Shown: positions 24,701 through 38,032 of the stretch, piece by piece
Position numbering within the stretch: the stretch's first letter is position 1
Layout: each line of letters starts with the position of its first letter
Source: Kondoa subrosea
Taxonomy: Eukaryota
Direction of reading: 5' to 3'
DNA: 64,000 bases
Assembly (NCBI GenBank): GCA_039545335.1
Contig: BCIN01000010.1
Coordinates: 1 to 64,000, forward strand
Notes under the pieces: model-generated
The model's database searches: none
What the model was told of the DNA's origin: nothing
Seen by the model: only the letters and a program-made list of their open reading frames with translations
Program-made: the position numbers and the translations under genes

Positions 24701-27283
24701 TCAAGAAGGAAGATTTGCCCTATTTTGCCGTCAGTATCAGAGTAGTAAAGAGAAGGGATTTCACTTACGCAGCCAACACTTCCCAAAACCACCGTCAATG
24801 CATGACTAGGACAGTGAGCTGTGATATCGCGAAGAAATACTTGTTGGATGCTAGCGAGTCCAATGCTTGCGTTTCCGAGTTGAATATAAACAGGCCTCTC
24901 ACGGGCTTCTTTTTCGCTCAAATCGCTTGCTGAAAAGTCCGCAATGGCGAACCGACAGTTGTCTGTAGGCTTCTCGGGCTGCAGCAAGAAGCCTTGGATA
25001 CGTCCAAAAGACGAGTGGGCAGCTGTGTGGAGATCAATAAAAGCACACTCAAGGCAAAGGAAAACTTACATAGCAGCTTGGAACCTTGCTACAATAGCGT
25101 TTGATGTCAGGCGAGACTTTATTATTGCGAGATAAAACTCACCCAAATGGTACTATTGAATGATAAGCAATTCATAGCAGCATGCATAGTACTAGCCATG
25201 CGACGTACTTGTAAAATTGGAGAGCCACAACTTCGAGTGATGCCAATGCAACGACTAACAATTTGGCATCAAGCTTCTGGGAATGATGTATGCATATGTG
25301 CTTACAAACAGGTCGGTAAGCAAACACGCGCTCTGAAGAGGATTTGCAAGCCAGAGCAAACGCTGATAACAGAGCCACTCTGATAAAAGCAAACATGATA
25401 TTGTAAAACAATCCAGTGATGGATCTCTTGACATTGTATCTTGACATTTCTTTGAGCTCTGCCTCGCGTGTGTTGAGGTAGACTCTTCCGACTACGAAAC
25501 AGATAAGTTGTTAGTATAATGAATCCATGTTCGCTTACAAGGATACTCGTAAGCGCTGAGCTTGATTGCCTTGAAGCTGGTCAAAATGCTCGCCAAAAGT
25601 TTCACTCGTTTGTCTGAAGAGAAAGACGAATCAGGAATGATGTGTCGGGCAACCAGGACAGTCATGTACCTGTCTTTTCACTCCAAGCTGTTTGCGAAAC
25701 GACGAAGCGCTTTGCCGTAAAAGGTATCAAACCCAATGCAATGATAGTCGCAACGAGATAGGCTAAGAAAGATCGTCCAAATTGGGAAGCCACAATAGGT
25801 ATAGATATGGTCGCCAGGACAAGCAGGTTTATAGCGTATAAAGGGACCACTGCCGAGTCGACGACTCTACAGACACATATATAGTCAGCTCTTACGCGTT
25901 GACCACGTCAATTTCGCACCTCTCGACATCTAAAGATAGATAAGAAGATAATGCTCCAGCACCAATCTCTTGAGCCGTTCCAATATGCATTTTCAAGCCT
26001 TTCCTGAAAACCGCTTCTGCAAGGACGGCTCGACTATTCATCAGCATGACGTAAGAGGTGGCTATCAAAACGATGCTAGTCAGATGTACATACACTTTGG
26101 CAGCCGCTTTATAAGCACTGAAATTCCACGCGAAGAACAAGAAGGTGACCAGGAATTGTTGGAGAGTGTAGCCAGCTGCGATACCATAGCCATATGATTT
26201 GGGCGTATCGGGATTTCTAGCAGGGTCATCACATCACATCCGCATGTCACGGCAAGCCAATGTACTTACCCAAGAAATGCGAGCAGTGCGCTGAGTAACA
26301 AGGGCGATAAAGATGCGATACAGCACCATAGAATTGAAGGTACGACGGGCTTGAGTAAATCCAGCTTGAAGGCGGCAAACAGAGCTTGAATTAGAGGAAT
26401 GGATGAGTTCTTGCCTCTGTTATTCCAAGAGACCTCGAAGCGTTGATAGAGCTGAGCTGAATTCTCATTTGCTTGCCCTAGGTCTGCCATCTGCAATCTA
26501 GTCTTTCTCCCTTTTCGCAGAAGAGCAATGAACCAGAATGCACTGTAGCGATTGATGAATCCAACAGTCGAAGCAGGTGCAAGGAGCTGTGAGTCAAAGA
26601 AGGTAAGGTATCTGGGTTCCCTAACGACAAGCGAAGCTAACCTTTCTCGCCTCAGAATCAATGAGCATCGATCTCTTATCTGCATTCTCCAGTCCAAATA
26701 GCACGACGCGGCAGCCATATCCAATCACAAACGGGACAAAGAAGAGCTTCTCCCTAGCAGAATAACCAACAAGAACGAAAGATCGGATGCGAGCCATATC
26801 CAACACGACCACCAAAAGTAGATAGAGTGCAACAGTCTGTGATGATCTGATGTTGCGGAAGTGTTCCAATGACGAGACAGCGGACATTATGATCTATTTG
26901 TGGGCGATTAGATAGTTTTCGAACAGGCGATTGAGGTAGGTACTCACAGCTGCGAACATTGATATAGCCAAAGCAGCCGTACCATTTCGATTATGTGCGG
27001 TCGATGTCGTCCAGCCAATGAGACTGATGAGACTCGTAACTGACCAGAGAGCACCACAGGCGAGTTTGCTGCAAAAGAGTGCCAATGACTCGGTGCTTCG
27101 GTTGATCTGCACAGCTTTAAAGCGAAGTCTATATAATCTGACCAAACCAAAGCATATAGCGACTCCAGTTGGAAGAAGAGACAGGAAGATGCTTGAAAAG
27201 GCCAGAGAGAAATCGAATTCCCGACAAGACTGGCCAGGGAGATCACAGAGAGACCAGTCATCAGGGCAAGGCGAGCGAGGCAT
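21730..27283 (-). CDS. ABCC (MRP-like) full-size ABC transporter with TMD0, copy 1
   Basis: N-terminal CREFDFSL. NBD1: GSVGC/GKS, SSGGQKQ, ILDDVFSALD. NBD2: GRT/GAGKSS, ISRGNRQ, LDEASSSLD, VAHRISTI. Not every internal splice junction was verified. Confidence 0.85.
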
Positions 27284-27622
27284 TGCGATGTATGGTTTGC
27301 GAGAAGACGTTAATCTGAGTGTACTGATGACCAGTACAAAGGAGAGGTAGAATTCACAGAGAAGAAAACAGAAAGTAGGCAATGGACGTAATAGGCTATG
27401 GCTGAAAACACAGCAAACGTATTTTGCTGCGTAACGCGATATCGGCACTGTTTGCTTCAAAGAAAAGAATGTCGAACACAGCTCTGCCAGGGATCAGTCT
27501 CGTACAGTGCATGTCGAAGAGCTGAAAGAGCCAGCTGGAATCTAGTCTGGGTGGCCGTCTGTGGACGAGTGAGCGTGTCGAAGTTCAGAATGTTTTGAGC
27601 ACGAACAGCGAAGTCCTACAAA

Positions 27623-28660
27623 ATGTCGAGCGCAAGAGAGAAGAGACTTATGAAGGAGATCAAAGACTGCGCAAGGGACAAGAGCAGCGGAATTAGCGTA
27701 GTACCTTACGTAAGTCGAAAGCAATATTGGACCAATTGGCTATGCCTCGGAAGCTCATACTTGTGCCCTCGCAGGACGAGGATGACATTGGACACTTGCT
27801 TGGGACTTTCCCGGGACCAGAGGTAAGCCAATTTAGCTGTTTCCATGGATCTCGCCGGGCTGAGATTTCCGATGTCTAGGGAACTCCCTATGAGAGTGGC
27901 ACTTACGAAGGTCAGCTAGTCGACAACGCTTCTCGTTGATCTGGCTTATAGTATCCTTTGCATTAGTCGATATAATAGCGTAAGCTTCCAGTCAGCAGCT
28001 AAGTCAAATCGCACTTATAATCCTCTGCAGGCCGCCGACATATCCCTTCGTTCCGCTGAAGATGAAGGTATAATCTCTCCCATAAGTGTCCAGGCAACTC
28101 GATCTGATCCTTCGCCAGTTCATTACCAAAATCTATCACCCAAATGTCTCTTCTCAATCAGGTGCAATCTGTCTCGATATCCTCAAAGACGCCTGGTCAC
28201 CAGTATTAACACTCAAAACCGCCATGGTCTCTTTACAATCTCTTCTTTGCTCACCCGAACCTTCTGATCCTCAAGATGCCGAGGTTGCCAAAGTATACTT
28301 GTCGGATCGAAAGCAATTTGAATCGACAGCGAGATATTGGGCAGAGGTATACGCTAACGGAGCAAAGAGCAAAGGCGGTGCAGCAGGGAAAGCAACAGCT
28401 ACCTCGAGTCGAACAGCTGCTCCAGCTCCGCCGCCAAAAGAAGTCGACGAAGTACAATTAGCGGGACTCAATCAGGCTCACGTGGATCAGTGAGCGTATT
28501 CTGTTCTCTTCCGGGATAGCAGACTGATATCGAGACAAGATTCGTCAATATGGGATTTGACAAGAAAACAGTCATAGCTACTCTAGCAAGGCTGAACTAC
28601 AGAGGAGCAAACATACCCAAGATTTCGGATGATCAGGTGCTCAATGCATTGCTCGGTTGA
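27623..28660 (+). CDS. UBC1: Ubiquitin-conjugating enzyme E2 with C-terminal UBA domain
   Basis: [63 protein letters not shown] and UBA-like FVNMGF. Confidence 0.93.
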
Positions 28661-28843
28661 GAAAGGGCGAAGTTGTACTTTAGCTGTAATTCATTGCATG
28701 CATCATGAGCATTTGGGTTTAGACTACTGATTCATTCTATGTCACATTCTATTATACATTGAGACCGTCATGGACTACATAGGTCATGCTTCGCTGAAAA
28801 GTCGTTCATCGTTTATCGACAGGCATAGAGTATGTTCACATCT

Positions 28844-31627
28844 TCAGGATCGATCAGCCATGCGTCTGCGAGCTAAGCTGCGGGAAGGAGTAGTGCCATC
28901 TGCTAGTACGATAGGAGGACAAGAGGGCTGCGATAGGCGATCACCATACTCTGCTCCGAGCCAGATGGCAACACCACTGTATCAAACATTAGTGAAGGCA
29001 GAGACCAGATAGAAGCATAGCCTACTTAGTCCATCCGAAGCCGGTGACAACAGTGTATTCTCCTCCCTCTCCACCTCTGTCAGTATCTAGTAAACTGAAC
29101 TCTGGTCACAAGCAGATTAAGCAGGCAAAGTGCGGGTAATGCTGGGTGACTCACTTTCGAACATCTGCAACAGAGAGTACTCAGCACGGGACAGCCCAGT
29201 TGTCAGCGAATGCTTACATTGCCTGTATTACCAATTGAATTGGTAACGTTCAATTCAGCAGTCGAGACTTGAGGAACCACTGGAAATAACCTCCTTTAGA
29301 GTCAATTGCAAGTATCAGTTAAAATCACTTACAGCCAGGGATCGATCCGCCAGTCGAGTGCCAAGAACAGTAAGCAGATGCAGTGTAACGGTTGGCAATA
29401 GCAATAGCAAGCCCTTCGGCCCAGGACTTGCTTGAAGTAGCATTCCCAATTCTGCCTAGTTCTCCGAAGCTGCTCACTGACGAAGTGAGATTCTGATCTT
29501 GCTGTCCATTGTACCCGATGATATTTTGCTTAGGCAAGCGATCTTGCGATAGACCCGTTTGATTTGCGATGAAGCTGGAATACTCCAGCACAGAAGAAGA
29601 GAAGTTGGAGAAAGATCCACTTGTCAGGTTTGCTGGCAGATTCTCCAAAGCTTTGATTGCGATATACCTATAATCAAGGTCAGATCATGTTCAACAGGAA
29701 GAATTAGAGCCTACGTATGAGGAGGCCATGCGTTTGCTACGCGGGAAGACAAGCGCAAAACATAAGTAGAGGAAGTCTACAAGAAGAAGAAGAAGATCTT
29801 ACGAGCATCCCATTGCTGTCCTGTCGTAATCAAGCTGGCAGGTACTGTCCCGTTGTAGTTCGCGATGATATAACCTAGAGACTTGAAGGCATCTTGAGCT
29901 TTAGCTGGAGACTTCAGCATCGAGTCAGGGAATATGTGCGACCAGCTACAGAACAGAATTCAATTTATTCCACCATCATATACTCAATTACTCACTAGGC
30001 ATAGTAAGTAGTAGGCGTCCATCTAATGATTTGCTGTGAGCTTGTAGTATTGTAGTCATAGAAGCTAGAAAGATCTTCGTTCCAGCAAAGGTCAATAACC
30101 GCTTGACGACGTTCAGCTGCTTTGGCAGCCCATTCCGCGCTCTTTGACTCATTCTTCGTGCTTCCAGATAGTTTGTACATTTCCGCAAGCAAGCGCATGT
30201 CATTGTAAAGGATACTATTGAGGTCGACTGGGACAATCGCGTTGACATCAAGCGTGCGAAGAGGAGTGGCCGAGTAAGGATCAGTTGCCCATCTAGCAGC
30301 AGAATAGTCTTGACCAGATTCTGCACCGCTAGCCAAATTTGCGAAGAGGTTGTCGGCGGTCGCATTGGAGAAATTAGGGCTTGGTTCTCCAGGTGCACCA
30401 TAGACCGTTTCGTAATCTTCAACGTAGCCTTCTGGTCGTGGAGCAGTGTTATCAACATCATATCTTGCTAGGCGGTAAGTCTTGCCTGAAGCTTGTACTT
30501 CAGATGTTCGATTGGTCTGCCACCATTGGAGTTCCGTTTCGACCAGAGGCAAAGCGCGAGAGAGAAGAGACTTGTCTCCCGTAGACTGAACGTAGAGCCA
30601 AAGCATTTGTGTGAAGACCGGAGGTTGAGATCTATCCGTTGCAGTCAGATAGCGCAACACTTGACCAAAGAGAACACAAGCCTGTTTAGATAGTATGTCC
30701 TGGCTCCGTTAGGAATGAATCCGAACACATCGATCAGATCCATAAAGTTCTCCACAATGTTGCGAGCGATATTTTTGACACCGCCTTTCAGAAGGCCTTC
30801 GAGGATCCCTGCAGGCAAAGGAATTAGTATGAGATGACCCAGGGGTGTCTGAACGTACAGTATGTATCCCAATAGTACGCTTCACGGAAGCGTCCTCCTG
30901 GTACCACAAAGGTATGGTTAAGAGGGATGAGAGTAGATTCGCATTCAGTGCAAGTTATATTTTGAACATTGTTTCTGGCTAGATCCGCCCAATAGCCATG
31001 TACGATCTTGAGCCATCCACGTACGACTGGATCAGTGATGTTTCGCAAGAAATCCGGATCCTCGTTGAAATTGGGGATAGTTGCAACTTGAACTATTTAA
31101 ATTTTGAGAACTGATTCGAAGAAGAGTAGCCGCTGGACTTACTGTCAAGGCCTTCGCCCAAGAAGTTCTCCTCTACAAAAGCCTCGATTTGTCCATACGT
31201 GTATGTGCCCTAACGAAGAAAATTGAGAAACTCGCAAATGAAGAGATTCTTGGCATACGTTTGAAGTAATATTATTGAAAGCGCTGTACACATTCAGCTG
31301 AGGGTACCCTTTCACTACAAATGCGACTCACGCTACGATCTGAGCGGTAGGATAACGAGCTGGTTTGTCCACGAAAGTTTTCGAATCCGCATACAAGCCA
31401 GCTAATTGAACGGCTTGCAGGATCGGTCCAGGACAAAAGAGTTCACTAGTACATGTGGGTTGACGATTGGGTGGTGGTCTAGTTTGCTCTGTAGCTTGAG
31501 GACTAGCTACAGAAGCAATTGCGGTGCTAACAGAGGTGACTGATGACGCAGAGGAAGCTTGTCGTTTGCCTGGAGGTGCTGCTAGGCAAGATGTAGCTAC
31601 AAGAAGAGCTCCTAGGATAGACCACAT
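28844..31627 (-). CDS. Secreted glycoside hydrolase family 37 trehalase
   Basis: Signal peptide then KR; DSKTFVDKP, VVPGGRFREAYYWD, GFIPNGARTYYLNRSQPP, PRPEGYVED, ASGAESGQDYS, VPVDLNS, QQWD and GGEYTVVTGFGWTN. Confidence 0.93.
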
Positions 31628-31847
31628 CGTGTGGAGAAAGACAACTAGCTGTACGAGAGGAAGAAAGTTTGACGAAAGTGGTAATGCGGGGCTTCGATTA
31701 CGTAAGCGATTCTTAGGTTCAGCATCTTGAGCAGTAGCGAACGTCCTTGTAGCTGGGTGCAGTGAAGTCGTTCAAACGGTTTGTGGTCACTCAGGCTGCA
31801 CAGAAACAAGATGAAAATGTAAACTCTGCCAGTACAAGATGATCAGA

Positions 31848-32823
31848 TCAGGCTTTGATGTCCGCAACCGCGCCCTCTTCGGCTTGATCTTCTCCGACTA
31901 CAGCGTCGTACGCAGGCGCAGCAGAGATCCGCTTAGCATCCGAATCAGCATTCAGGGCATATTCAGCGTCTTTATCGATAGCCTGGACCTTGTTGTGAGC
32001 TGCAGGAGAGGAAGAGAGTGATGCTCCCACATTATCAGGTCTGATCTGGGTTGGTGCGATCGGATTGACTTGATCATTGACGCCTTCGATATCTTCTTCT
32101 TTACCATAGATGTCGTGCAACGGAACGGGCGCATCTCGAAAATACGCAATACAAGTAACGAGTGTGATGGTGAAGAATAAGAATAGACACAACATGGCGC
32201 CTGCAACGAATCAGCTTGGGGTATATTCAGACACAATGAGATTCACCTCCAATGCAACCAGCAACAGCAGCCAGTTCTGGAGTCCCATATTTGGTGATAC
32301 AGCTACCAATAGCACCGGCAGCAGGTCCAAAGCCGAGTCCAAAGAACATTTGTAGTAAACCAAAAGGGCAGAACGATAGCCAACCAGAAGCTTTCCTCAG
32401 TTCCGGTTTCTCTGGCTTCACTTTCTTTAATTTCCTTGGACGAGGGGATGGAGGTCTTTCGTCTATTCCGGTAACGAGGCTGCGCACGATTCTATTCTTT
32501 GCTTCGATTTCCGAAGCGCAAAGTTGCTCGAACAAGGTAGCCATGAAAAAGAGCCAACAGATCGTAATTGGAACCAGAGTGACACCACCAGTAAGGCCCA
32601 AGATGGCTGCTCGAGACAAGGCGATGTTGTTGGCGAGAGAAGGTGGAATAGCAGCTGTCATTTGTATGCAATGCCCGATGATGACAGAGAGTAGACCGAA
32701 CAGTAAGGACAGGACGAGGGATACCAAGAAAGTGACGATAGCGCGGGCGGGCGTAGCGACTGCTTTACCAATCAGAACATAGTGAATTTTGGGCAGAGGG
32801 TATAATTCTTCTTTGGAAGGCAT
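31848..32823 (-). CDS. Hypothetical multi-pass membrane protein (about 4 TM)
   Basis: Two ORFs joined by one GT-AG intron near 32200-32250; four hydrophobic segments; no family recognised. Confidence 0.6.
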
Positions 32824-33060
32824 GACTTCGACCAGCGAAAAGAAAGAAGAAGGAGAATGAAATCAGGGATGAAGACGATGAGAGAGCGCGACAAGATATT
32901 GAGCAAATCACTCAGAGCAGTTCAAAAGCTTTAACAAAGGGAAGCCTGCTTCTCAAAGCACCCCAACGCTACCATATCTGCTCGATGCTGTATTAATGAT
33001 ACGAGGGCACAGGTATATCCATTCGTTGTTCCTCGGTGAGAGCCTTTTCACGGAACCGTC

Positions 33061-34518
33061 ATGTCGGACGAAGTTGTGGATTTGGACTCGTTCCGCAATG
33101 AATGGCTTGCGGAAGTCAGCAGGAACAAGCGAGAACAGCCTACTGCGATTCTACCGGTAGCAGAATCGTCTACAAGGGCACAATCGTCCGGTCAATCGCA
33201 GAGCAAGATAACAGAAACCAGAACTCATGTACTTGAAGAGCCAGAAGCGGTGGACGAGGATAATGCACTTGCATTATATCAAGCGGCTGTATCTGCAGAG
33301 GCCGAGGGGCAGATGAATTTGGCTGTTGGTTTCTATCGCAAAGCTTTCAAGCTTAACCCGGCAATTGACAAGCTGTACCATCGCGAGTCTCTGAGGGTCA
33401 CTTCCGATCCTTCTCTTGCATCTTCTTCTGCCGCAGTGGATGATCTCGCTTTCGAATTTCAGCGAACTGTTCAAGTCAGCTCAGACTATGTTGCACCTAC
33501 TCACAAATCCGATCTGGCACATCCTTCTTCCACTCAGAAGCTACTCAACTCTCTCATCACATCTTTCGACTCTAATCCTTGGATTCCACCTAGAGCAGAA
33601 GAACCTTTTCTCAAACCTGGCGAAATTGCATTCATCCCTCAAACGGATCTACGCCCTTTCTATATCAATCGACTACCAGATGAAATTCTGACTCAAATCT
33701 TGCTGGAACTCGTCTTGCCGAAAAGAGAATCCGCTTATCCTAGGATTGATCGACTAGAGAATTTCGCTCTGGTCTGTCGCAAGACAAGATTACTTACACT
33801 CTCCGCGTCTCTTTGGAGGAGAGCATGCAAGATATTTTATATTCCACCTTATCAACTCCCTCCTTCCACTTTTGAACACCCTACGAATGCGGAACTAATC
33901 TGTAATTTGAAACATGGATTCGATTGGCGAAGAATGTGGATCCATCAACCGAGGATAAGGACGGATGGCTGTTTCATATCAGTCGTACAATATCTTAGAA
34001 AAGGAGAAGCTGATAATCTATGGCAAACACCTACTCATATTGTAGTCTACTTCCGTTATGTAAGTTCACTTCACTTCCCTGATTTTTGAAGCAATACCGA
34101 AATTGAGGATCTTCTAGTTGCGATTCCTTCCGAATGGAACTGTCATAGCTCTGACTTCTGTCGTACCGCCTAAAGAAATCGCTAGGTCAATCGATCTGAA
34201 TCTAAGGATGCGAGGCATGTCTGTTGGTCGATGGAAACTGGAAGGCGACTTGCTCTCAACTTGGGGTTTGAGAGATTTGTTGAACGAGAGGCCGAAATAT
34301 ACTATGGAAGCTAGTTATAGGTTGAAGAGTACTTCCAGAGGAAGATGGTGCGTTGCGTTATAATGAAGAAGGATTCAAGACTGATGTACTGAGACAGGAA
34401 TAAGCTGGAACTACTTAGTCTTTGGACAGAGAACTCTGCTACAAGGGAAATGCTAGAGGTCGACCTACAACATAACAAGTCTAGCTACTTCAGCGCTGTC
34501 AGATCGTACGAGGCATGA
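33061..34518 (+). CDS. HRT3: F-box protein, Hrt3/Pof7/FBXO9 family
   Basis: LDSFRNEWLAEV, ALALYQAAV...GFYRKAFKL, F-box INRLPDEILTQIL, PRIRTDGCFIS and HIVVYFRY/LRFLPNG. Confidence 0.85.
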
Positions 34519-34887
34519 CGTGGGTCAGTCGGACGAGCTCTTCTGCTGCATTACTGACTAATGAGTTGGAACAATATGACAGGCGGACGAGATCAACAGG
34601 CAATTGCAGACTCTCTCGCAAGTATGCTGGGGTTAGAAAACATTCCTCTTTCGCCTCGGAGTCTTTTCAATGTTATAGTCAGTGTGCAATAGATGTCTGT
34701 GATGTATCCTTTGCTTCTATCGTGACAATCCTTTTCAGAATTTCCATGCTCGACTCTCCGAGATCTTCGAGTTGTTGTCAACAACGTCCGTTTAGACAAA
34801 GGTGCTTTTGGAGCATACCACAGACCTGGTATATACCCTCAGCTGTATCTGGGTCCCTGCTCTGGCTTGGTCGCCTGTTAGAAGAGC

Positions 34888-37800
34888 ATGACTTCTGCTG
34901 CGCGAGATATGAACGAATCCACAATCAGCAGAAGAGGCTATTCAAGTGTTCCATCTCGTGATTCAGTCTATGCAGACGAAGAGGCGCGTTTCTCAACAGT
35001 CAAACTCACTCCTCAGCAACCTTTGTATGCAATTGACGATGATGGAGGGCCTTCCAAGAAGGGAATACAGCAAGAAGCACCTATTGAATCCAACAGAGCG
35101 GATCTCATCACTATGGCTGCGCTGCTATTAGGGGCTGCGGCTCTGAGATTTCTGCATATCAGTCATCCTTCGGGCGTGGTGTTTGACGAAGTTCATTTCG
35201 GTCGCTTGTGTGTTTGCATGCTAACGATCACGCATAATTTATGCTGACATTCAACTTAAAACATACAGCTCATCGTATTACCTGAAAAGAGAATATTTCT
35301 TCGATGTACATCCACCATTAGCCAAACTTCTTCTCGCTTTCGCAGGCTATGTAACAGGGTTCAAGGGTGATTTCGGGTTTGAGAACATTGGTGATGACTA
35401 TATCAAAGCTGGCGTACCTTATGTCGGGATGAGAGCTTTCCCTGCGGTGTTTGGAAGTTTGACGGTCCCTGTTATTTATGCTATTATGAGGGAAGTAGGG
35501 ACACCTAGGATCTTCAGTATTTTCTCTGCGGCTCTGATATTGCTCGGTCAGTGTTGCTAGAGTCATCAGCTGCAGACAGCTGATCCAGAAACAGATAACG
35601 CTCATGTCACTCAAACTCGATTGATACTGCTGGATGCACCTCTCCTTCTGTTCATGTCGATAGCGGTCTTCTCTTACATTCGCTTCTATCGTTTACGCTA
35701 CAAGTCAGTCCAGTCAATAATATAGTACAACTACTCTGAAATTTCTAACACAGCGAATTCTCTTTCCGGTGGTGGAAATGGCTTTCAACAACGGGAGTCT
35801 TCCTCGCGTTAACCATCAGCTGCAAGATGAATGGCCTGATGACGTTCATGACTATCGGGACTGCTGTTGTGATTGATATGTGGAATATTTTGGATTATCG
35901 GAGAGGCAACGATCTAGTGCGTAAATTCGCTCGGCTGCTGTGGATCTTACTAAAAAGAGGTACCAGGATCATGTTGTCAAACACTTTGTTGCTCGAATAT
36001 GGACTTTGATAGTCCTTCCCGCCGTGGTCTATATGTTTTGGTTCTGGGTCCACTTTGCTATCCTCACCAAATCAGGCACTGGAGATGACTTTATGAGTCC
36101 TGCATTCCAAATGACTTTAAGCAACAGTCCTTTGACATTGAATGCTGAAGGTATGAAAGCCATGTAGTTTGTCAGTCAAGTCGGCTGAAAGCTGGCGGGT
36201 CAGAAATTCGCTACTTCGATGTCTTAACGCTACAGCACAAGCATACAAAAGCTTTCTTGCATTCTCATCCGGAGAAATACCCTCTCAGATATCCAGATGG
36301 CAGAATCAGTAGTAATGGCAAGCTTCTGTTGATATGCGCGGCACGTTGATAAAGCTAATATCTTGATGCAGGTCAGCAAGTAACAGGTCAGTGGAACTGT
36401 TCATTAACACCGATGATTGTATTCTGATGGTATATCCATTGACAGGCTACCTATTCAACGACACAAACAATCATTGGGAAATCCTGCCTACGAAAGAATT
36501 ACCAGATACAGGTCGAGGCAAGATCGTCCGTCACAACGATGTCATCCAACTTCGTCATGTTCTGTCCAGTACTTTGCTTCTTTCGCACGATGTAGCTAGC
36601 AGTCTTATGGCTACAAATACTGAATTCACAACCTGGAACGATACTGAACCTTTAGAGCACGAATTGATAGCAGAAGAAGGAGTAGAACCACCTCCGGCTT
36701 GGCAAGATCGATCTTCTGATACAATGTTCCGGTTGGAGATTGAAGATGCTCATGAAGGGCAACAATGGAAGACTAAAAGTGGTTACTTCAAGCTCATTCA
36801 TGTGGATACGGGCGTCGCTATGTGGACACATACTGATCCTTTGTTACCTGATTGGGCTCATAAGCAACAAGAAGTGAATGGGAACAAAAAAGTTGAAGAA
36901 AAGATCAATACTTGGGTTCCAGCAGAAATCATCAGACCCAGTAAGTCTGAGATCGTGTTTGTTAGGCACATGTGAGCTCAAGTGGTTGTCAGACTCAACA
37001 GAAGCGGATCTGCTGCGACCCCCTCCACCAGTGAAGAAAGTGCAGCGTAGAAACTTCTTCAAGAAATTCTTCGAGCTTCAGGTCCTCATGCTGCAACATA
37101 ACGCAGCTCTCACAGACAGTCATCCTTATGCATCTCAACCTATCGAATGGCCATTCTTGGCGAGCGGAATCAGCTTCTGGACTAGTCCTGCCGAATTCAA
37201 ACAGCAAGTCTACTTGATCGGTAATTTCATTGGATGGTGGTTTGCTTCTGCTTCTCTAGCTATTTTTGTGGGATTCTGTATTGGAGACGCTTTGACCTGG
37301 AGAAGAAACAATGATCTGATCGGTCCTCGTAAGTCGCAATTGGATGATTAAATCTTTGTGGCTCAACCTGTGCGAGCTTACAGGTTTGCGATCGAGACAT
37401 CTCAAGACTACCGGCTTCTTCTTCATGGGTTGGGCTTTCCATTATCTCCCATTCTATCTCATGACTCGTCAACTTGTGAGGGATTCATTGTCAAGTCTTC
37501 TCGCATGCTCATCAGATATTTTAGTTCTTACATCACTACATGCCAGGTATAATCATTCCATTCAATCATGTGCATCACTGCTCACAAAGTATTAGCACAC
37601 ATCTTTTCTGTTTTGGCAGCTGGAGCAATCTTACATTTCCTGTGTACCGACACAATCAACTACCCCAATTCGATACCCGGACCTCAAACACGACGTCGGC
37701 CATTACAACATCCTCGCCAATCTGTCAAGATCACCAATCCCCATATCGCTATAACAGTGACTCTGCTTGTTCTGGTCGTAGCTGGTTTCATCTATCTCAG

Positions 37801-37945
37801 TCCGCTCACCTACGGTACACCTGGCTTGGAACCGAGTGCAGTGAACAGAAGAAGGATCTTGAGCTCGTGGACACTTCATTTCGTCCGTTTCCTTCCAGCC
37901 CGTTTTCGTAGACTGACGTCGGCTTCGGTGTTCCAGGCAAAATAG
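34888..37945 (+). CDS. PMT4: Dolichyl-phosphate-mannose:protein O-mannosyltransferase, PMT4 subfamily (GT39)
   Basis: VVFDEVHFG, FFDVHPPLAKLL, SGTGDDFMS, MIR region LHSHPEKYPLRYPDGRISSNGQQVTGY (PMT4-type), HPYASQP and HYLPFYLM. Confidence 0.92.
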
Positions 37946-38032
37946 AGAAACCTCTTGAGGAAGTCGTTACAAAAGTAGATTAAGAAAGGTTGAATAGTAG
38001 CAAGCAGTTTTGGGCCTGTTTGCAAAGATCCT

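Noticed and set aside
24205..24933. Long antisense ORF over NBD1 of ABCC copy 1 (similarly 32252-32782)
   Set aside because: Shadow ORFs opposite real coding exons, with no motifs.
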